Under the pieces are notes generated by a model. It saw only the letters and a list, made by a program, of their open reading frames with translations, did no database searches and was not told the DNA's origin. A DNA stretch of 64,000 bases from Oceanispirochaeta sp. (GTDB lineage Bacteria; Spirochaetota; Spirochaetia; DSM-2461): the NCBI GenBank assembly GCA_963663385.2, contig CAXXXD010000002.1, forward strand, positions 1,056,001 through 1,120,000. The letters run 5' to 3'. Shown one piece after another: positions 18,325-28,476 of this stretch (position 1 is its first letter; the number at the start of each line of letters is the position of its first letter). The position numbers and the translations under genes were made by a program.

Positions 18325-21075
18325 TTACGCACTCTTCTTCCGTTTTCCCTCGCTGTCTTTTCCTCCCTTTCCGCTTGTATCCCTGCTGATGAATTTCGGT
18401 TTGAAAATATTCAGCAGGGCAGGCAGTACCGTCAGGGCTGCAATGGAAGATGTTCCCATGATGATTGCCACCAGGGCTCCGATAAAACGGAGTACAACAA
18501 ACTTTGAAAAGATGAGTACCAGAAATCCCAGACCTACAGAAACCGCATTTGTAATGATGGCCTTGCCGGACGACATAACAGTTTCTTTCGTTACTGTATC
18601 CAGGTTATCCGACTTGAGCCGTTCAATTTTATAGCGGCTGAGAAAGTGTATGGTGTAGTCTACGCCGACACCAATGGCAATTGAGGCGATAAGGGCTGTT
18701 ATCATATCCAGATTTATCCCTGTTAATCCCATAATTCCAAAGTTGATCAGGATGGCCAGGAAGAGGGGCACAATCCCGTAAAATCCTGCAAAAGGAGACC
18801 GGTAGGCAATGGATACAATCAGGAATACTGCAACAAGGGCTGTGAGAAGGCTTTTGATCTGGGATCCTGTAATCATATCGGTCAATGCTTTTACCAGTTC
18901 CGCAATTCCCGAGTTTTCAATGGTAATGTTATCGGGGAAATGGGCATCGGCATAACTGTTGATATCTTCCAGAATCTCGGCGCAGACTGCTGTATCGGAT
19001 ACTTTCAGCTGTACGAGCATTCTAACCTGTGTGGGTTCCAGAGAATCATCGGAGAACTTGTCCAGTGAGCCTGAGTAGAGAAGCAGGTACTGGGAGATCA
19101 GGTTTTTCAGTTCCTCATTGGAGGCGGCAGGATACTTGGAAAGATCCGTGGGGATTTCGTAATAGGCTTTTCCTCTGACATTAAAAGCTTTTTCAACTTC
19201 GCTGGTCAGATCCGCAATGGTAAAATTGCCGTCTCCATTTTCATTAACCACCTTTCTGGCCAGGTCGATAAGGGTGGCCCATGTCAGGTCATCTGTCATG
19301 GAAAGGGGCTCGAAGGTCACAGGCGAGGCTTCCGTCAGTTCTTCGCTGTCATCGCCGAAGAAGGAACCTGAGTCAGAATCATCATCACTGAAGAAGGATG
19401 AGTTCCCCTCGCTGTCATCGCTGAAAAAGGACCCTGAATCAGAGTTGTCATCGCCGAAGAAGGAACCGGCTTCTACACTTTCGTAGTCGTCATAGCTTCC
19501 AAAATCCTCAGAACCCTCTTCTACGGGAAAATTCATTACCTGATTCATCCTCTTGATGAAATCGGCATATGTCATGATTTTCCCGATATCTGGATGGGTT
19601 GTCAAAAGATGCTTTTTCAGGTTATCCATCTCATTCAGAACCAGGGGATCAATCACATCACCGGGATTTTCCCCTTTTACAACAATGTTGAATGTGTTGG
19701 TTCCGGCGAAATGATCAGAGATATAGTCGGCATTAACCCGTAGAGAGGAATCCTTGGGAAAGTAGTCGATCAGGGCGCTTTCGATATTCATCTGAGTCAG
19801 CCCGTAAGCGGAGATAAGTACGATAGCTATTGTAATAACTAGAATCCCCGTTCTATGGCTGGATAATCTGTTATAAACCGCTTCCATTCTTTTATGAGAG
19901 TGGTCTTCTCTTTTCTTTATCTTGGCCTCCAGAGCAGATTTATCCTTAAGGACTTCCCTGTCTTTATAGGAGATGATCATCAGAGCCGGAATAAAGGTAA
20001 GAGAAAGAACTAAAGCTATCACCGTACCGATTGTTGAAAAAAGACCGAATGTCTTGAGAGGAACAATGGGGCTGGTTATGATGGAGGAAAAACCGACAAT
20101 CGTCGTAAATCCGGCCAGCAGAACAGGTTCCAGAACCAGATTCACTGAGGAAATTACTATTTCCTTATGCTCCTGAACGGAAACCCTTTTTTTCTGATTG
20201 CGCATGTCCGTGTAGTAATGGGTCATTACATGGATACCGTACGCGCTGCCGATTGCAATAATCAGTACGGGCAGACAGGTTGATACAATACTGAAAGCCA
20301 CATCGAAAAGAGCCATGATTCCTACGGTCCAGATTGTCGTAATCATTACGGTTATCATGGGAAGCAGAGTTCCTCCCAGGCGATGGAAGGCGAAGTAGAG
20401 GCTTAACAGAAGTACAAGCAGTACCAGCGGGATAAGGGCTGTCAGGTCTGCTATCATGAAAATCTCAGCATCGTGGGAGATAACAGGATCTCCGGCAACA
20501 CGGATGTCCAGCCAGTCGTAGTTTACAGAATATTCGACAATCCCGTCATAGATGGCATTTTTTTCCGCATGATTGGCATCCTTGTTTACTACAACCAGAA
20601 TCTGAGTCGATTTAAAGTCTCTGGAATAAAGGCTGTTTTCATACATGTCCGGCCAATCCAGAAGGTTGGTTTTCAGCTGAGCCAGCTCTTCCTCTGTTCC
20701 TGTAAAATCGTCTCTGATAAGGGGTTCGACAATCATACCTTCCGATGAACCATCAGGAAAATCCGTATTCAGTATGGATGTAAGGTCATCAACTACCGGA
20801 TTGGCTTCCAGAATTTCAGAAATTTCCCGTATCGCCTGGATCGTTCTGTTGTTGAGAAAGGTTCCATCCTTTTCGGTGATGCAGATATCAAACATGATCT
20901 GACTTTCATACACATCGTCCAGTGCTTTCATCCTTATATAGGAATCATGGTCTTCGGGGAAAAACGCAAGGACATCATTATCCAATACAACTTCAGGGAT
21001 TTGAATCCCCATAAACACTGTAACAGCCAGTACGATTAAAATTATAATCCATGGCTTTTTTAAAATATTCTTCAC
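18325..21075 (-). CDS. MMPL/RND-superfamily transporter
   Basis: Two TM halves (IAIGSAYGIH; IGVGVDYTIH) with large periplasmic loops; GTG start with AGGAG RBS. Confidence 0.92.
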   Translation of the reverse strand: MKNILKKPWIIILIVLAVTVFMGIQIPEVVLDNDVLAFFPEDHDSYIRMKALDDVYESQIMFDICITEKDGTFLNNRTIQAIREISEILEANPVVDDLTSILNTDFPDGSSEGMIVEPLIRDDFTGTEEELAQLKTNLLDWPDMYENSLYSRDFKSTQILVVVNKDANHAEKNAIYDGIVEYSVNYDWLDIRVAGDPVISHDAEIFMIADLTALIPLVLLVLLLSLYFAFHRLGGTLLPMITVMITTIWTVGIMALFDVAFSIVSTCLPVLIIAIGSAYGIHVMTHYYTDMRNQKKRVSVQEHKEIVISSVNLVLEPVLLAGFTTIVGFSSIITSPIVPLKTFGLFSTIGTVIALVLSLTFIPALMIISYKDREVLKDKSALEAKIKKREDHSHKRMEAVYNRLSSHRTGILVITIAIVLISAYGLTQMNIESALIDYFPKDSSLRVNADYISDHFAGTNTFNIVVKGENPGDVIDPLVLNEMDNLKKHLLTTHPDIGKIMTYADFIKRMNQVMNFPVEEGSEDFGSYDDYESVEAGSFFGDDNSDSGSFFSDDSEGNSSFFSDDDSDSGSFFGDDSEELTEASPVTFEPLSMTDDLTWATLIDLARKVVNENGDGNFTIADLTSEVEKAFNVRGKAYYEIPTDLSKYPAASNEELKNLISQYLLLYSGSLDKFSDDSLEPTQVRMLVQLKVSDTAVCAEILEDINSYADAHFPDNITIENSGIAELVKALTDMITGSQIKSLLTALVAVFLIVSIAYRSPFAGFYGIVPLFLAILINFGIMGLTGINLDMITALIASIAIGVGVDYTIHFLSRYKIERLKSDNLDTVTKETVMSSGKAIITNAVSVGLGFLVLIFSKFVVLRFIGALVAIIMGTSSIAALTVLPALLNIFKPKFISRDTSGKGGKDSEGKRKKSA
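19348..19467 (-). repeat. In-frame 33-nt tandem repeat (4 x [GS]SFF[GS]DD) in MMPL
   Basis: Units at 19348, 19381, 19414, 19447. Confidence 0.85.
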
Positions 21076-21132
21076 AGAAACTCCTATAATTTTTTACTTG
21101 TCCGGCAGAGCGTGCACTCTTGATTAATAAAA

Positions 21133-21179
21133 TGCACACCCTGTGCAATTAATGTATAAAATAAAATCTAAAAGGTCAA
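21133..21179 (-). promoter_or_regulatory. MMPL operon promoter with TetR-type operator
   Basis: Minus strand TTGACC-17 nt-TACATT; palindrome TGCACA-CCC-TGTGCA at 21133-21147 over the predicted +1. Confidence 0.65.
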
Positions 21180-21285
21180 CTTTTTCAGGGACTTTTTATA
21201 ATAAAAAAGAAAGACGGAAGGTTGATGCATAAAATAAAAACACAGCCTTCCCGATATTTCTTCATTCTGATATTATCGAATTACT

Positions 21286-22560
21286 ATGCTGGATTTTAAA
21301 TTTATCAAAGACAACCTGGATGCCGTCCGGGAAAATATCAGAAACCGGAATGTTTCCGCCGATCCCGAAAAGGTTGCGGTACTGTACGATCAGAGGAATG
21401 CGGTTCTTCAGGAAATGGAAGATCTTCGCAGGCGGAGAAATGAAAATGCCGGAAAAATGAAGGGGAAGCTGGATCCCGAAATCCGTCAGGGGCTAATTGA
21501 AGAGGGTAAAGTCCTTAAAGAGAAGATTGCTTCAGTGGAAGAAAAGCTGTCTGTTCTGGAAGAGGATCTGAAACAGGCTGCCATGCTGATACCCAATATG
21601 GCCCATCCAGATGCTCCCATCGGTAAAGAGGACAAGGATAATCTGGAACTGCTCCGAAGTGGAGAAGTCCCCCGGTTTTCTTTTAAACCGAAGGACCATG
21701 TGGAGCTGTCCGAGACCCTGGATCTGGTGGATTTTGAAACAGCCGCACGTGTGTCCGGAGCCAAATTCTACTATCTGAAAAATGAAGCTGTTCTGCTTGA
21801 ACTGGCTTTAACCCGTTATGCACTGGATCTGCTCCGTCAGAAGGGGTTCACACTGACGATAACTCCGGATATTGCCCGTGAAGAGATTGCCGAAGGAATC
21901 GGTTTCAATCCCCGGGGGAGCGAATCTAATATCTATACCCTGGAAGGAACGGGTACCTGTCTGGTGGGAACGGCCGAGATAACCCTGGGAGGTTATCATG
22001 CAGGGCAGATGCTGGATCTCTCAAAGGGGCCTATCCTGATGGCAGGAGTATCCCACTGTTTCAGAAGAGAGGCCGGTGCGGCCGGTCAGTACTCCAAAGG
22101 TTTATACCGGGTGCATCAGTTTACCAAAATCGAGATGTTCGCCTACTGTAAAGAGGAAGAATCTGATGATCTGCTGATGAAACTGAGAAGCATTGAAGAG
22201 GAGATTTTCAGCGGTCTGGATATACCATTCCGTGTGGTCGATACCTGTACCGGAGACCTTGGCGGCCCCGCCTACAGAAAGTTCGACCTGGAAGCCTGGA
22301 TGCCCGGACGGGGAGATGAAGGGGACTGGGGGGAAGTAACCAGTACCTCAAACTGTACGGATTATCAGGCCAGACGCCTTGGTATCCGCTATAAAGGGGA
22401 GGACGGGAAAAACCGTTACGCCCATACCCTGAACGGAACGGCCATTGCCATATCCCGTGCCATCATTGCCATTATTGAGAATTTTCAACAGGAAGACGGA
22501 TCTATCCGTATTCCCGAAAAACTGGTTCCCTATATGGGAATGTCAGAAATCAGACGCTGA
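21286..22560 (+). CDS. serS: Serine--tRNA ligase
   Basis: MLD N-terminus, GTAE, CFRREAG, RVHQF, TLNGT. Confidence 0.97.
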   Translation: MLDFKFIKDNLDAVRENIRNRNVSADPEKVAVLYDQRNAVLQEMEDLRRRRNENAGKMKGKLDPEIRQGLIEEGKVLKEKIASVEEKLSVLEEDLKQAAMLIPNMAHPDAPIGKEDKDNLELLRSGEVPRFSFKPKDHVELSETLDLVDFETAARVSGAKFYYLKNEAVLLELALTRYALDLLRQKGFTLTITPDIAREEIAEGIGFNPRGSESNIYTLEGTGTCLVGTAEITLGGYHAGQMLDLSKGPILMAGVSHCFRREAGAAGQYSKGLYRVHQFTKIEMFAYCKEEESDDLLMKLRSIEEEIFSGLDIPFRVVDTCTGDLGGPAYRKFDLEAWMPGRGDEGDWGEVTSTSNCTDYQARRLGIRYKGEDGKNRYAHTLNGTAIAISRAIIAIIENFQQEDGSIRIPEKLVPYMGMSEIRR

Positions 22561-22615
22561 TTGAAACAGGAATATTCTGCCGGGAAAAGACCGTTCCCGG
22601 CTTGAAGGGAGCAGG

Positions 22616-23677
22616 ATGAAAGTCATTGCAGAAATCGGTACCGCTCATCAGGGAGACCTGATGCAGGCGGAAAAGCTAATACGGGAGGCTGCCCGTTCCG
22701 GCGCCGATTGTGCAAAATTTCAGATTGTTTTCGCCCGGGAGATCCTGCATCCGGAAACGGGTATGGTTGAGCTGCCGGGGGGCTCTACCCCTTTGTATAA
22801 AGTCTTTGAAGATCTGGAGAGGGAAGCCCCGTTCTACAGGGATCTGAAAAACCTGACCGAGTCGGAGGGGCTGGAATTCCTGGCCACTCCCTTCGGTCTG
22901 GAGAGTGCGGCTTTGTTGAAGCAGCTGGATCCGCTCTCTGTCAAAATAGCTTCTCCCGAAGTTAATCACTTTCCCCTGCTGGAAGAACTGGCCAGCTGGA
23001 AAAAGCCGCTTATCCTCTCTTCCGGTGTCAGCCGTATGGGAGACCTGGAAGATGCCCTTGATATAATAGGCCGGGAGAATACGACCCTTCTGCACTGCAT
23101 AACCTTCTACCCCGCTCCCGAAGAGGAGTACAACCTCTCCCTGCTGCCACACCTCTCCTCCCTCCTGGGAGTTGAAACGGGAGTCTCCGATCATTCGATG
23201 GATCCGCTTCTGGTTCCGGGGCTGAGTCTGGTGGAAGGGGGCGTTATGGTGGAGAAGCACTTTACCCTCTCACGGAGAGACAGCGGTCTGGACGATCCCA
23301 TTGCTCTGGAACCGGACGGTTTCAGGCTGATGCGGGACTATCTGGATGAACTGGAAGGGCTGCCAGACCGGGAGTCCCGTCTGGAACGGATGGAGAAAGA
23401 CTTTTCCAGAGATAGAATAAAGGCTGTATTAGGATCCGGGCGAAAGGAACTGGCTCCCAGCGAACAGGCTGGATACGGCAGAACCAACCGGAGCATCCAT
23501 GCCCTGCCGGCCCTGCCGGCGGGGACAATCCTGACTGAGAAGAATATGGCCATACTCCGGACTGAGAAAATCCTGAGACCGGGGATTTCCCCGCGCTATT
23601 ATAGATCGATCCTGGGAAAAAAAGTAAAAAGGGATGTGCCGGCAGGAGAGGGGCTCCTCCTGGAAGATCTGGTGTAA
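22616..23677 (+). CDS. NeuB/SpsE family nonulosonate synthase with SAF domain
   Basis: IAEIGTAHQG, KFQ, KIAS, GVSDH, EKHFTL, C-terminal SAF domain. Confidence 0.85.
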   Translation: MKVIAEIGTAHQGDLMQAEKLIREAARSGADCAKFQIVFAREILHPETGMVELPGGSTPLYKVFEDLEREAPFYRDLKNLTESEGLEFLATPFGLESAALLKQLDPLSVKIASPEVNHFPLLEELASWKKPLILSSGVSRMGDLEDALDIIGRENTTLLHCITFYPAPEEEYNLSLLPHLSSLLGVETGVSDHSMDPLLVPGLSLVEGGVMVEKHFTLSRRDSGLDDPIALEPDGFRLMRDYLDELEGLPDRESRLERMEKDFSRDRIKAVLGSGRKELAPSEQAGYGRTNRSIHALPALPAGTILTEKNMAILRTEKILRPGISPRYYRSILGKKVKRDVPAGEGLLLEDLV

Positions 23678-23716
23678 ATGTTATATCCGGGAAATGGAAC
23701 TGCTTAAGGAGTATAT

Positions 23717-25615
23717 ATGTCATTAATTAAACATGAAAGAACCGGGTTTACCCTCTGTAATCCCGATAAGGGAATATTTGAAAACGGACTGCCGTCACAG
23801 GATGAAATCAAAAATGCTTTGTCTCCCATGATCCTTTCCGCCTCGGGATGGCGGAAGGTATTTGCCTGTGACGGGGATGAAGAGAGCCAGACGGAAAACA
23901 TTGCGTCCGCGGACAGTTATCTGTCCGGAGCTATGGCTCAGGTCTTTATGGATTATATGATAGAAAATACAGGGAACAGCAATCCTGTTATCCTGCTGGG
24001 AATGGATGCCCGGTTTACAGGGCCTGCCATTGCGGATGCCATGCTGCGTGTTCTGCTTGCAAGGGGTGCTCAGGTCCGTTACCTGTTTATTGCAGCTGCT
24101 CCCGAAATTATGGGGTATGCAGGCCAGAGCAAGGGAATCGATGGATTTATCTATATTTCCGCCAGTCATAATCCGATCGGGCATAATGGTGTGAAATTCG
24201 GCTTGAATACGGGAGGCGTCCTGGACGGTTCTCAGGCTGCCGATATGATTGCCCGTTTCAAATCCTTTCTGGATGAGGAGTCGAATATACAGGGACTCAG
24301 CTCTTTAATGGATCAGGCAAATGCGGATGATATCCGGAAGATACTGGGAGAGTCGACGGAGTGGAAGAGAGAAGCGGAGAGGGTCTACGGCGAGTTCACA
24401 GCCCGGGTTATAACGGGACAGGAGGATCCTTCAGCCAGGGAAGCTCTGATTGAACAGTTTAAGAAGGGCATAAGCGATTCGCCTATGGGTGTTGTCTCGG
24501 AATTGAACGGAAGCGCCCGGACCTTATCCATCGACAAGTCCTTCCTGGAGGACCTGGGAGTTCAGGTTACTGTTGTAAATGGAAGGCCCAGAGAGATAAC
24601 CCACAGGATTGTCCCCGAGGGGGAATCCCTGAACCTCTGCCGGGAAATACTGGAAAAAGAAGCCGCTGTCGACAGGGCGTTTCAGTTGGGATATGTTCCG
24701 GATAATGATGGAGACCGGGGTAATCTGGTTTACAGGAACAGTAAGACAGGCAAAGCGGAAATACTGGAAGCTCAGGAGGTTTTCGCCCTTTCCGTTCTTG
24801 CGGAGCTGGCTTTTCTTGAGTGGAGCGGTCATATTACAGATAAAACGGCAGTTGCCGTTAACGGTCCTACATCCATGAGGATTGATGAGATTGCCTCCTG
24901 TTTCGGATGCCGGACGTTCCGGGCTGAAGTAGGAGAAGCCAATGTGGTGAATCTGGCCAGGGAGAAGCGGGCTGAAGGCTGGCAGATCCGGATCCTGGGG
25001 GAAGGTTCCAACGGCGGTAATATCACCTATCCCGCAGCGGTACGGGATCCCCTCAACACACTGGGGGCTCTGCTCAAGCTTCTGACTCTCAGAAGCCGGG
25101 AAGGGAAGGCCGGATTGTTTCAGATCTGGTGTGAAAAAAGCGGGCAGATGGACCTCTACCGGGACGATTTTGACCTGACACATATTCTGGAATCCCTTCC
25201 TTCCTATGTTACCAGCAGCGCCTATGAAAAAAGGGCATTGATGCAGATTCAAACGACCGATCATGCCAGGCTGAAGGCCAATTACGAAAGTATTTTTCTG
25301 AAATCATGGGAATCTCGCCGATCTGAACTGGCTGAGCGTTTCGGGATTGTCTCCTGGGAGGAGTGGAATCAGGAAGGAACGTCCTCTGTTCAGGGAATGG
25401 GAGCTCAATTTCGTTCCGGTGCAGAGAGGGGGGGGCTGACCATACGCTTTCTTGACAGGCAGAAGAAGCCTATCGCCTGTATCTGGATGCGGGGGAGCGG
25501 TACGGAACCGGTCTTCCGGGTTCTGGCAGACTGGAAAGGAAAGGACCCTTCTGCAGAAGAATATCTGCTGGAATGGCATAAAAAAATGATAAAAGAAGCA
25601 GATGGGCAGGATTAA
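23717..25615 (+). CDS. Phosphohexomutase (PGM/PMM family)
   Basis: SASHNP, PDNDGDR, GEGSNGG, RGSGTEP. Confidence 0.9.
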   Translation: MSLIKHERTGFTLCNPDKGIFENGLPSQDEIKNALSPMILSASGWRKVFACDGDEESQTENIASADSYLSGAMAQVFMDYMIENTGNSNPVILLGMDARFTGPAIADAMLRVLLARGAQVRYLFIAAAPEIMGYAGQSKGIDGFIYISASHNPIGHNGVKFGLNTGGVLDGSQAADMIARFKSFLDEESNIQGLSSLMDQANADDIRKILGESTEWKREAERVYGEFTARVITGQEDPSAREALIEQFKKGISDSPMGVVSELNGSARTLSIDKSFLEDLGVQVTVVNGRPREITHRIVPEGESLNLCREILEKEAAVDRAFQLGYVPDNDGDRGNLVYRNSKTGKAEILEAQEVFALSVLAELAFLEWSGHITDKTAVAVNGPTSMRIDEIASCFGCRTFRAEVGEANVVNLAREKRAEGWQIRILGEGSNGGNITYPAAVRDPLNTLGALLKLLTLRSREGKAGLFQIWCEKSGQMDLYRDDFDLTHILESLPSYVTSSAYEKRALMQIQTTDHARLKANYESIFLKSWESRRSELAERFGIVSWEEWNQEGTSSVQGMGAQFRSGAERGGLTIRFLDRQKKPIACIWMRGSGTEPVFRVLADWKGKDPSAEEYLLEWHKKMIKEADGQD

Positions 25616-26258
25616 TTCACCTTTTTCCACCATACTTTTTGATGTAGACAATACATTGTACGATGCTGAGTGCGGTGTGGAAACCGAGATGAGCCGGAGA
25701 ATAGATGAGTTTGTTTCGGATTATCTAGGGGTGACCAAGGATGAATCACGGGCTCTCCGGGCGGAGTATCTGCCTGTATACGGAACTACCCTGAGGTGGC
25801 TCCAGGTCTGTCATAATATGACCGATACCGGCAGGTATATGAATATAGTTCATCCTGTAAACCTGGAAGACTATATTGACAGGAATCACCAATTGCGTGA
25901 AATGCTCCAGTCATTGACACAGAATCTGGTTGTATTTACTAACGGACCCGAGTTTCATGCCAGAAGGGTTTTGAAAACCCTGGGGATTGAAGACCTTTTT
26001 ACCCGTTTCTTTGCATTGGAACATATGGGCTTTCAGGGAAAGCCCTGCGAGTCTGCCTATAAACTGGTTCTGGATAGTCTGAAGATTAAGGCGGAGGAAA
26101 CCCTTTTTCTGGATGATAAGGAAGTCAACCTGGATGCTTTTCACAGGATGGGCGGGTTTGGGCTCCTTGTCGGTCAGGGATCCGCTACCGGCCGGTACCC
26201 GCAGATTCGTACAATTCTGGAATTGAAGGACTATCTTGAACAAGAGGTGTTGGAATGA
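25602..26258 (+). CDS. HAD hydrolase, pyrimidine 5'-nucleotidase-like
   Basis: FDVDNTLY, YGTTL, FTNG, KP, FLDD. Confidence 0.85.
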   Translation: MGRINSPFSTILFDVDNTLYDAECGVETEMSRRIDEFVSDYLGVTKDESRALRAEYLPVYGTTLRWLQVCHNMTDTGRYMNIVHPVNLEDYIDRNHQLREMLQSLTQNLVVFTNGPEFHARRVLKTLGIEDLFTRFFALEHMGFQGKPCESAYKLVLDSLKIKAEETLFLDDKEVNLDAFHRMGGFGLLVGQGSATGRYPQIRTILELKDYLEQEVLE

Positions 26259-27181
26259 TTAAGAAAGAATTCCCCGAGGAAGATAAAAAGACTCGTATGA
26301 AGGCTCATGCCGGTGACAGACGGTACCACTTCTTCCTCTCCGGCGGTGATGTCAGGGGGGTGCTGGTTCACGGAAGCCGGATGATAAGGGAAATGAAACT
26401 GAACCATGACCTTGGTGTGCTGGAAACTATCGTTCTGGGACAGGCTTATCTGGGTACTGTCCTGATGGCGGCGGGTCTTAAGGAAGAGGGGCTTATACAG
26501 CTTAAAGTGGAATGCGGCGGTCCCCTGCAGGGGCTTTCTGTAGAAGGGGATTCTCACGGTACAGTCCGCGGCTATCTGTTTCAGAACCCCATTCCCCTTG
26601 AAAAGGCACCGGACAGCCTTGATACCTCCAATCTGTTCGGTCCCGGATTTCTTTCGGTTACCCGGTATACCGTTGAAAAGGGGAAACCTTTTACGGGAAA
26701 GGTTATGCTGAGATCCGGACGGCTGGGGGAGGATCTGGCGGCCTATTATCAGGAATCCGAACAGATCCCTACCATATTTATCCTCAGTGTCCGATTGAAT
26801 AAGGAGGGAGATGTAAAAGGCGCTGCCGGTCTATTCCTCCAGGCTATGCCCGGCAGCGATGAGAAACTGCTTGAAGTTATTCAGGAAACAGCCGTGGCTC
26901 TACCTTCTTTAGGAGATACCGTTAACGCCGAAACAGATATAGACGCTTTTATAGAGGGCGCTTTCAAACAATTTAATCCGGAAATGCTTGAAAGCAAAAG
27001 GGTCGAGTTTATGTGCAGCTGCAACAGGGACCGCTTTGAGAAATTCCTTTCCAACCTTTCCAGGAATGAAAAAGAGGAGATTCTGGCAAAAGGTCCTTTT
27101 CCCCTTGTAACAACCTGTTTCAACTGCAATACATCCTACGAGTTTGAAAAGGATGTTTTGCTGGAGTTATTTAAGCAGTAA
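26255..27181 (+). CDS. hslO: Hsp33 chaperone
   Basis: YYQESEQIPT, LQAMPG, CSC and CFNC zinc motifs. Confidence 0.92.
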   Translation: MIKKEFPEEDKKTRMKAHAGDRRYHFFLSGGDVRGVLVHGSRMIREMKLNHDLGVLETIVLGQAYLGTVLMAAGLKEEGLIQLKVECGGPLQGLSVEGDSHGTVRGYLFQNPIPLEKAPDSLDTSNLFGPGFLSVTRYTVEKGKPFTGKVMLRSGRLGEDLAAYYQESEQIPTIFILSVRLNKEGDVKGAAGLFLQAMPGSDEKLLEVIQETAVALPSLGDTVNAETDIDAFIEGAFKQFNPEMLESKRVEFMCSCNRDRFEKFLSNLSRNEKEEILAKGPFPLVTTCFNCNTSYEFEKDVLLELFKQ

Positions 27182-27264
27182 TCAGGATTTATTCCCGATT
27201 TTCTTGAGAAGCCCTGCCTGTTCGGATTAGAATTTAAGAAGATGGAAATCTTTGGAGGTATATT

Positions 27265-28467
27265 ATGAAGAGGCAGATTCTTAAAAACTCCAGCTTTCTT
27301 CTCTTGTTTCTGGCAGTGATTCTACTCATATCCTCCTGTATAACCCGTACACCCGTAAGCGATGAAGACTCCGTAATCACCATCTGGTCCGATCCTGATT
27401 TGGGAGACAACTATGAGGAACCTCCTCTCCCTGAGATCCGCAGTGAAGGTCTTACTGCAACTGAAGTGAACAATATGACAATCTACCGGGAGAATATCCG
27501 TTCTATTGTAAATATTACTACGGTCAGTCTATATGGTTCCCGCTTTCTGGGTTCTTATTCTCAGGAGGGGAGCGGATCGGGGGTTATAATATCAGCAGAA
27601 GGGTATATCCTGACAAACAGGCATGTGGTTGACGGGGCGGACTATGTCGTTATTACTCTTTATGATGGAACGAATTATCAGGCCCGTAAAATAGGCAGTG
27701 ATCCGGAAAATGATCTGGCTGTTCTCAAATTCGACCCGGCCGGGAGAGTTCTGCATGTAATAACTCCGGGAACCGCCAGCGACCTGCAGGTGGGGCAGAC
27801 CGTATTAGCCCTGGGAAATCCCTTCGGTCTTGAAGGAACCCTTACAACCGGTATCGTGTCCGGGCTGAACCGTCCCCTTCAGACAGAGGACGGTTTCCTC
27901 CTTAAAAGCATGATCCAGACTGATGCTGCCATAAATCCGGGTAATTCCGGAGGAGCTCTGCTTAATTCCCGTGGAGAACTGATAGGGATCAACACCATGA
28001 TTCTGACTGCCAGCGGCAGCGGCAGTATCGGAATAGGGTTTGCCATCCCTGTGGAAACGGCTCTGCGTATTGCTCCTGAATTGATCAGGGACGGGCATAT
28101 AACAAGGGGGTGGATTGACATTGAAGCCCTTTCCATTACACCGTCTCTGGCATCACAGCTGGGAATCCCCTTTATCGACTATGGGGTGATGATTACCATG
28201 GTTATCAAGGGCGGAAATGCCGAATTGGCCGGTTTGAAGGGCGGTACAGAGAGACGGGGAGTCGGATTGGGTTTAAACAGTGTCTTTATAGGGGGGGACA
28301 TCATAATCAGTATTGATGGATCTCCCATCAAGAATGTACTGGATTATTTCAGTGTTCTGGAAGGTTCCCGGCCGGGGGATATTTATGAGCTTGAGTATAT
28401 TCGGAACGGGGAAACATTCAAAGTGGAAATCAAGCTGTCCGAACGGCCCATGAACTATCGCTATTGA
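27265..28467 (+). CDS. HtrA/DegP-family serine protease with PDZ domain (lipoprotein)
   Basis: TNRHV, DLAV, GNSGG; lipobox ISSC. Confidence 0.93.
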   Translation: MKRQILKNSSFLLLFLAVILLISSCITRTPVSDEDSVITIWSDPDLGDNYEEPPLPEIRSEGLTATEVNNMTIYRENIRSIVNITTVSLYGSRFLGSYSQEGSGSGVIISAEGYILTNRHVVDGADYVVITLYDGTNYQARKIGSDPENDLAVLKFDPAGRVLHVITPGTASDLQVGQTVLALGNPFGLEGTLTTGIVSGLNRPLQTEDGFLLKSMIQTDAAINPGNSGGALLNSRGELIGINTMILTASGSGSIGIGFAIPVETALRIAPELIRDGHITRGWIDIEALSITPSLASQLGIPFIDYGVMITMVIKGGNAELAGLKGGTERRGVGLGLNSVFIGGDIIISIDGSPIKNVLDYFSVLEGSRPGDIYELEYIRNGETFKVEIKLSERPMNYRY

Positions 28468-28476
28468 ATAGAAGGA

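Noticed and set aside
18126..18332. 68-aa ORF (PSPPAPLPEGEG) within the MMPL operon
   Set aside because: Translation of the family A palindromic repeats; no evidence of a real gene
21200..21285. T-box or attenuator before serS (hairpin GGAAGGTTG...CAGCCTTCC)
   Set aside because: No T-box consensus and the leader is too short
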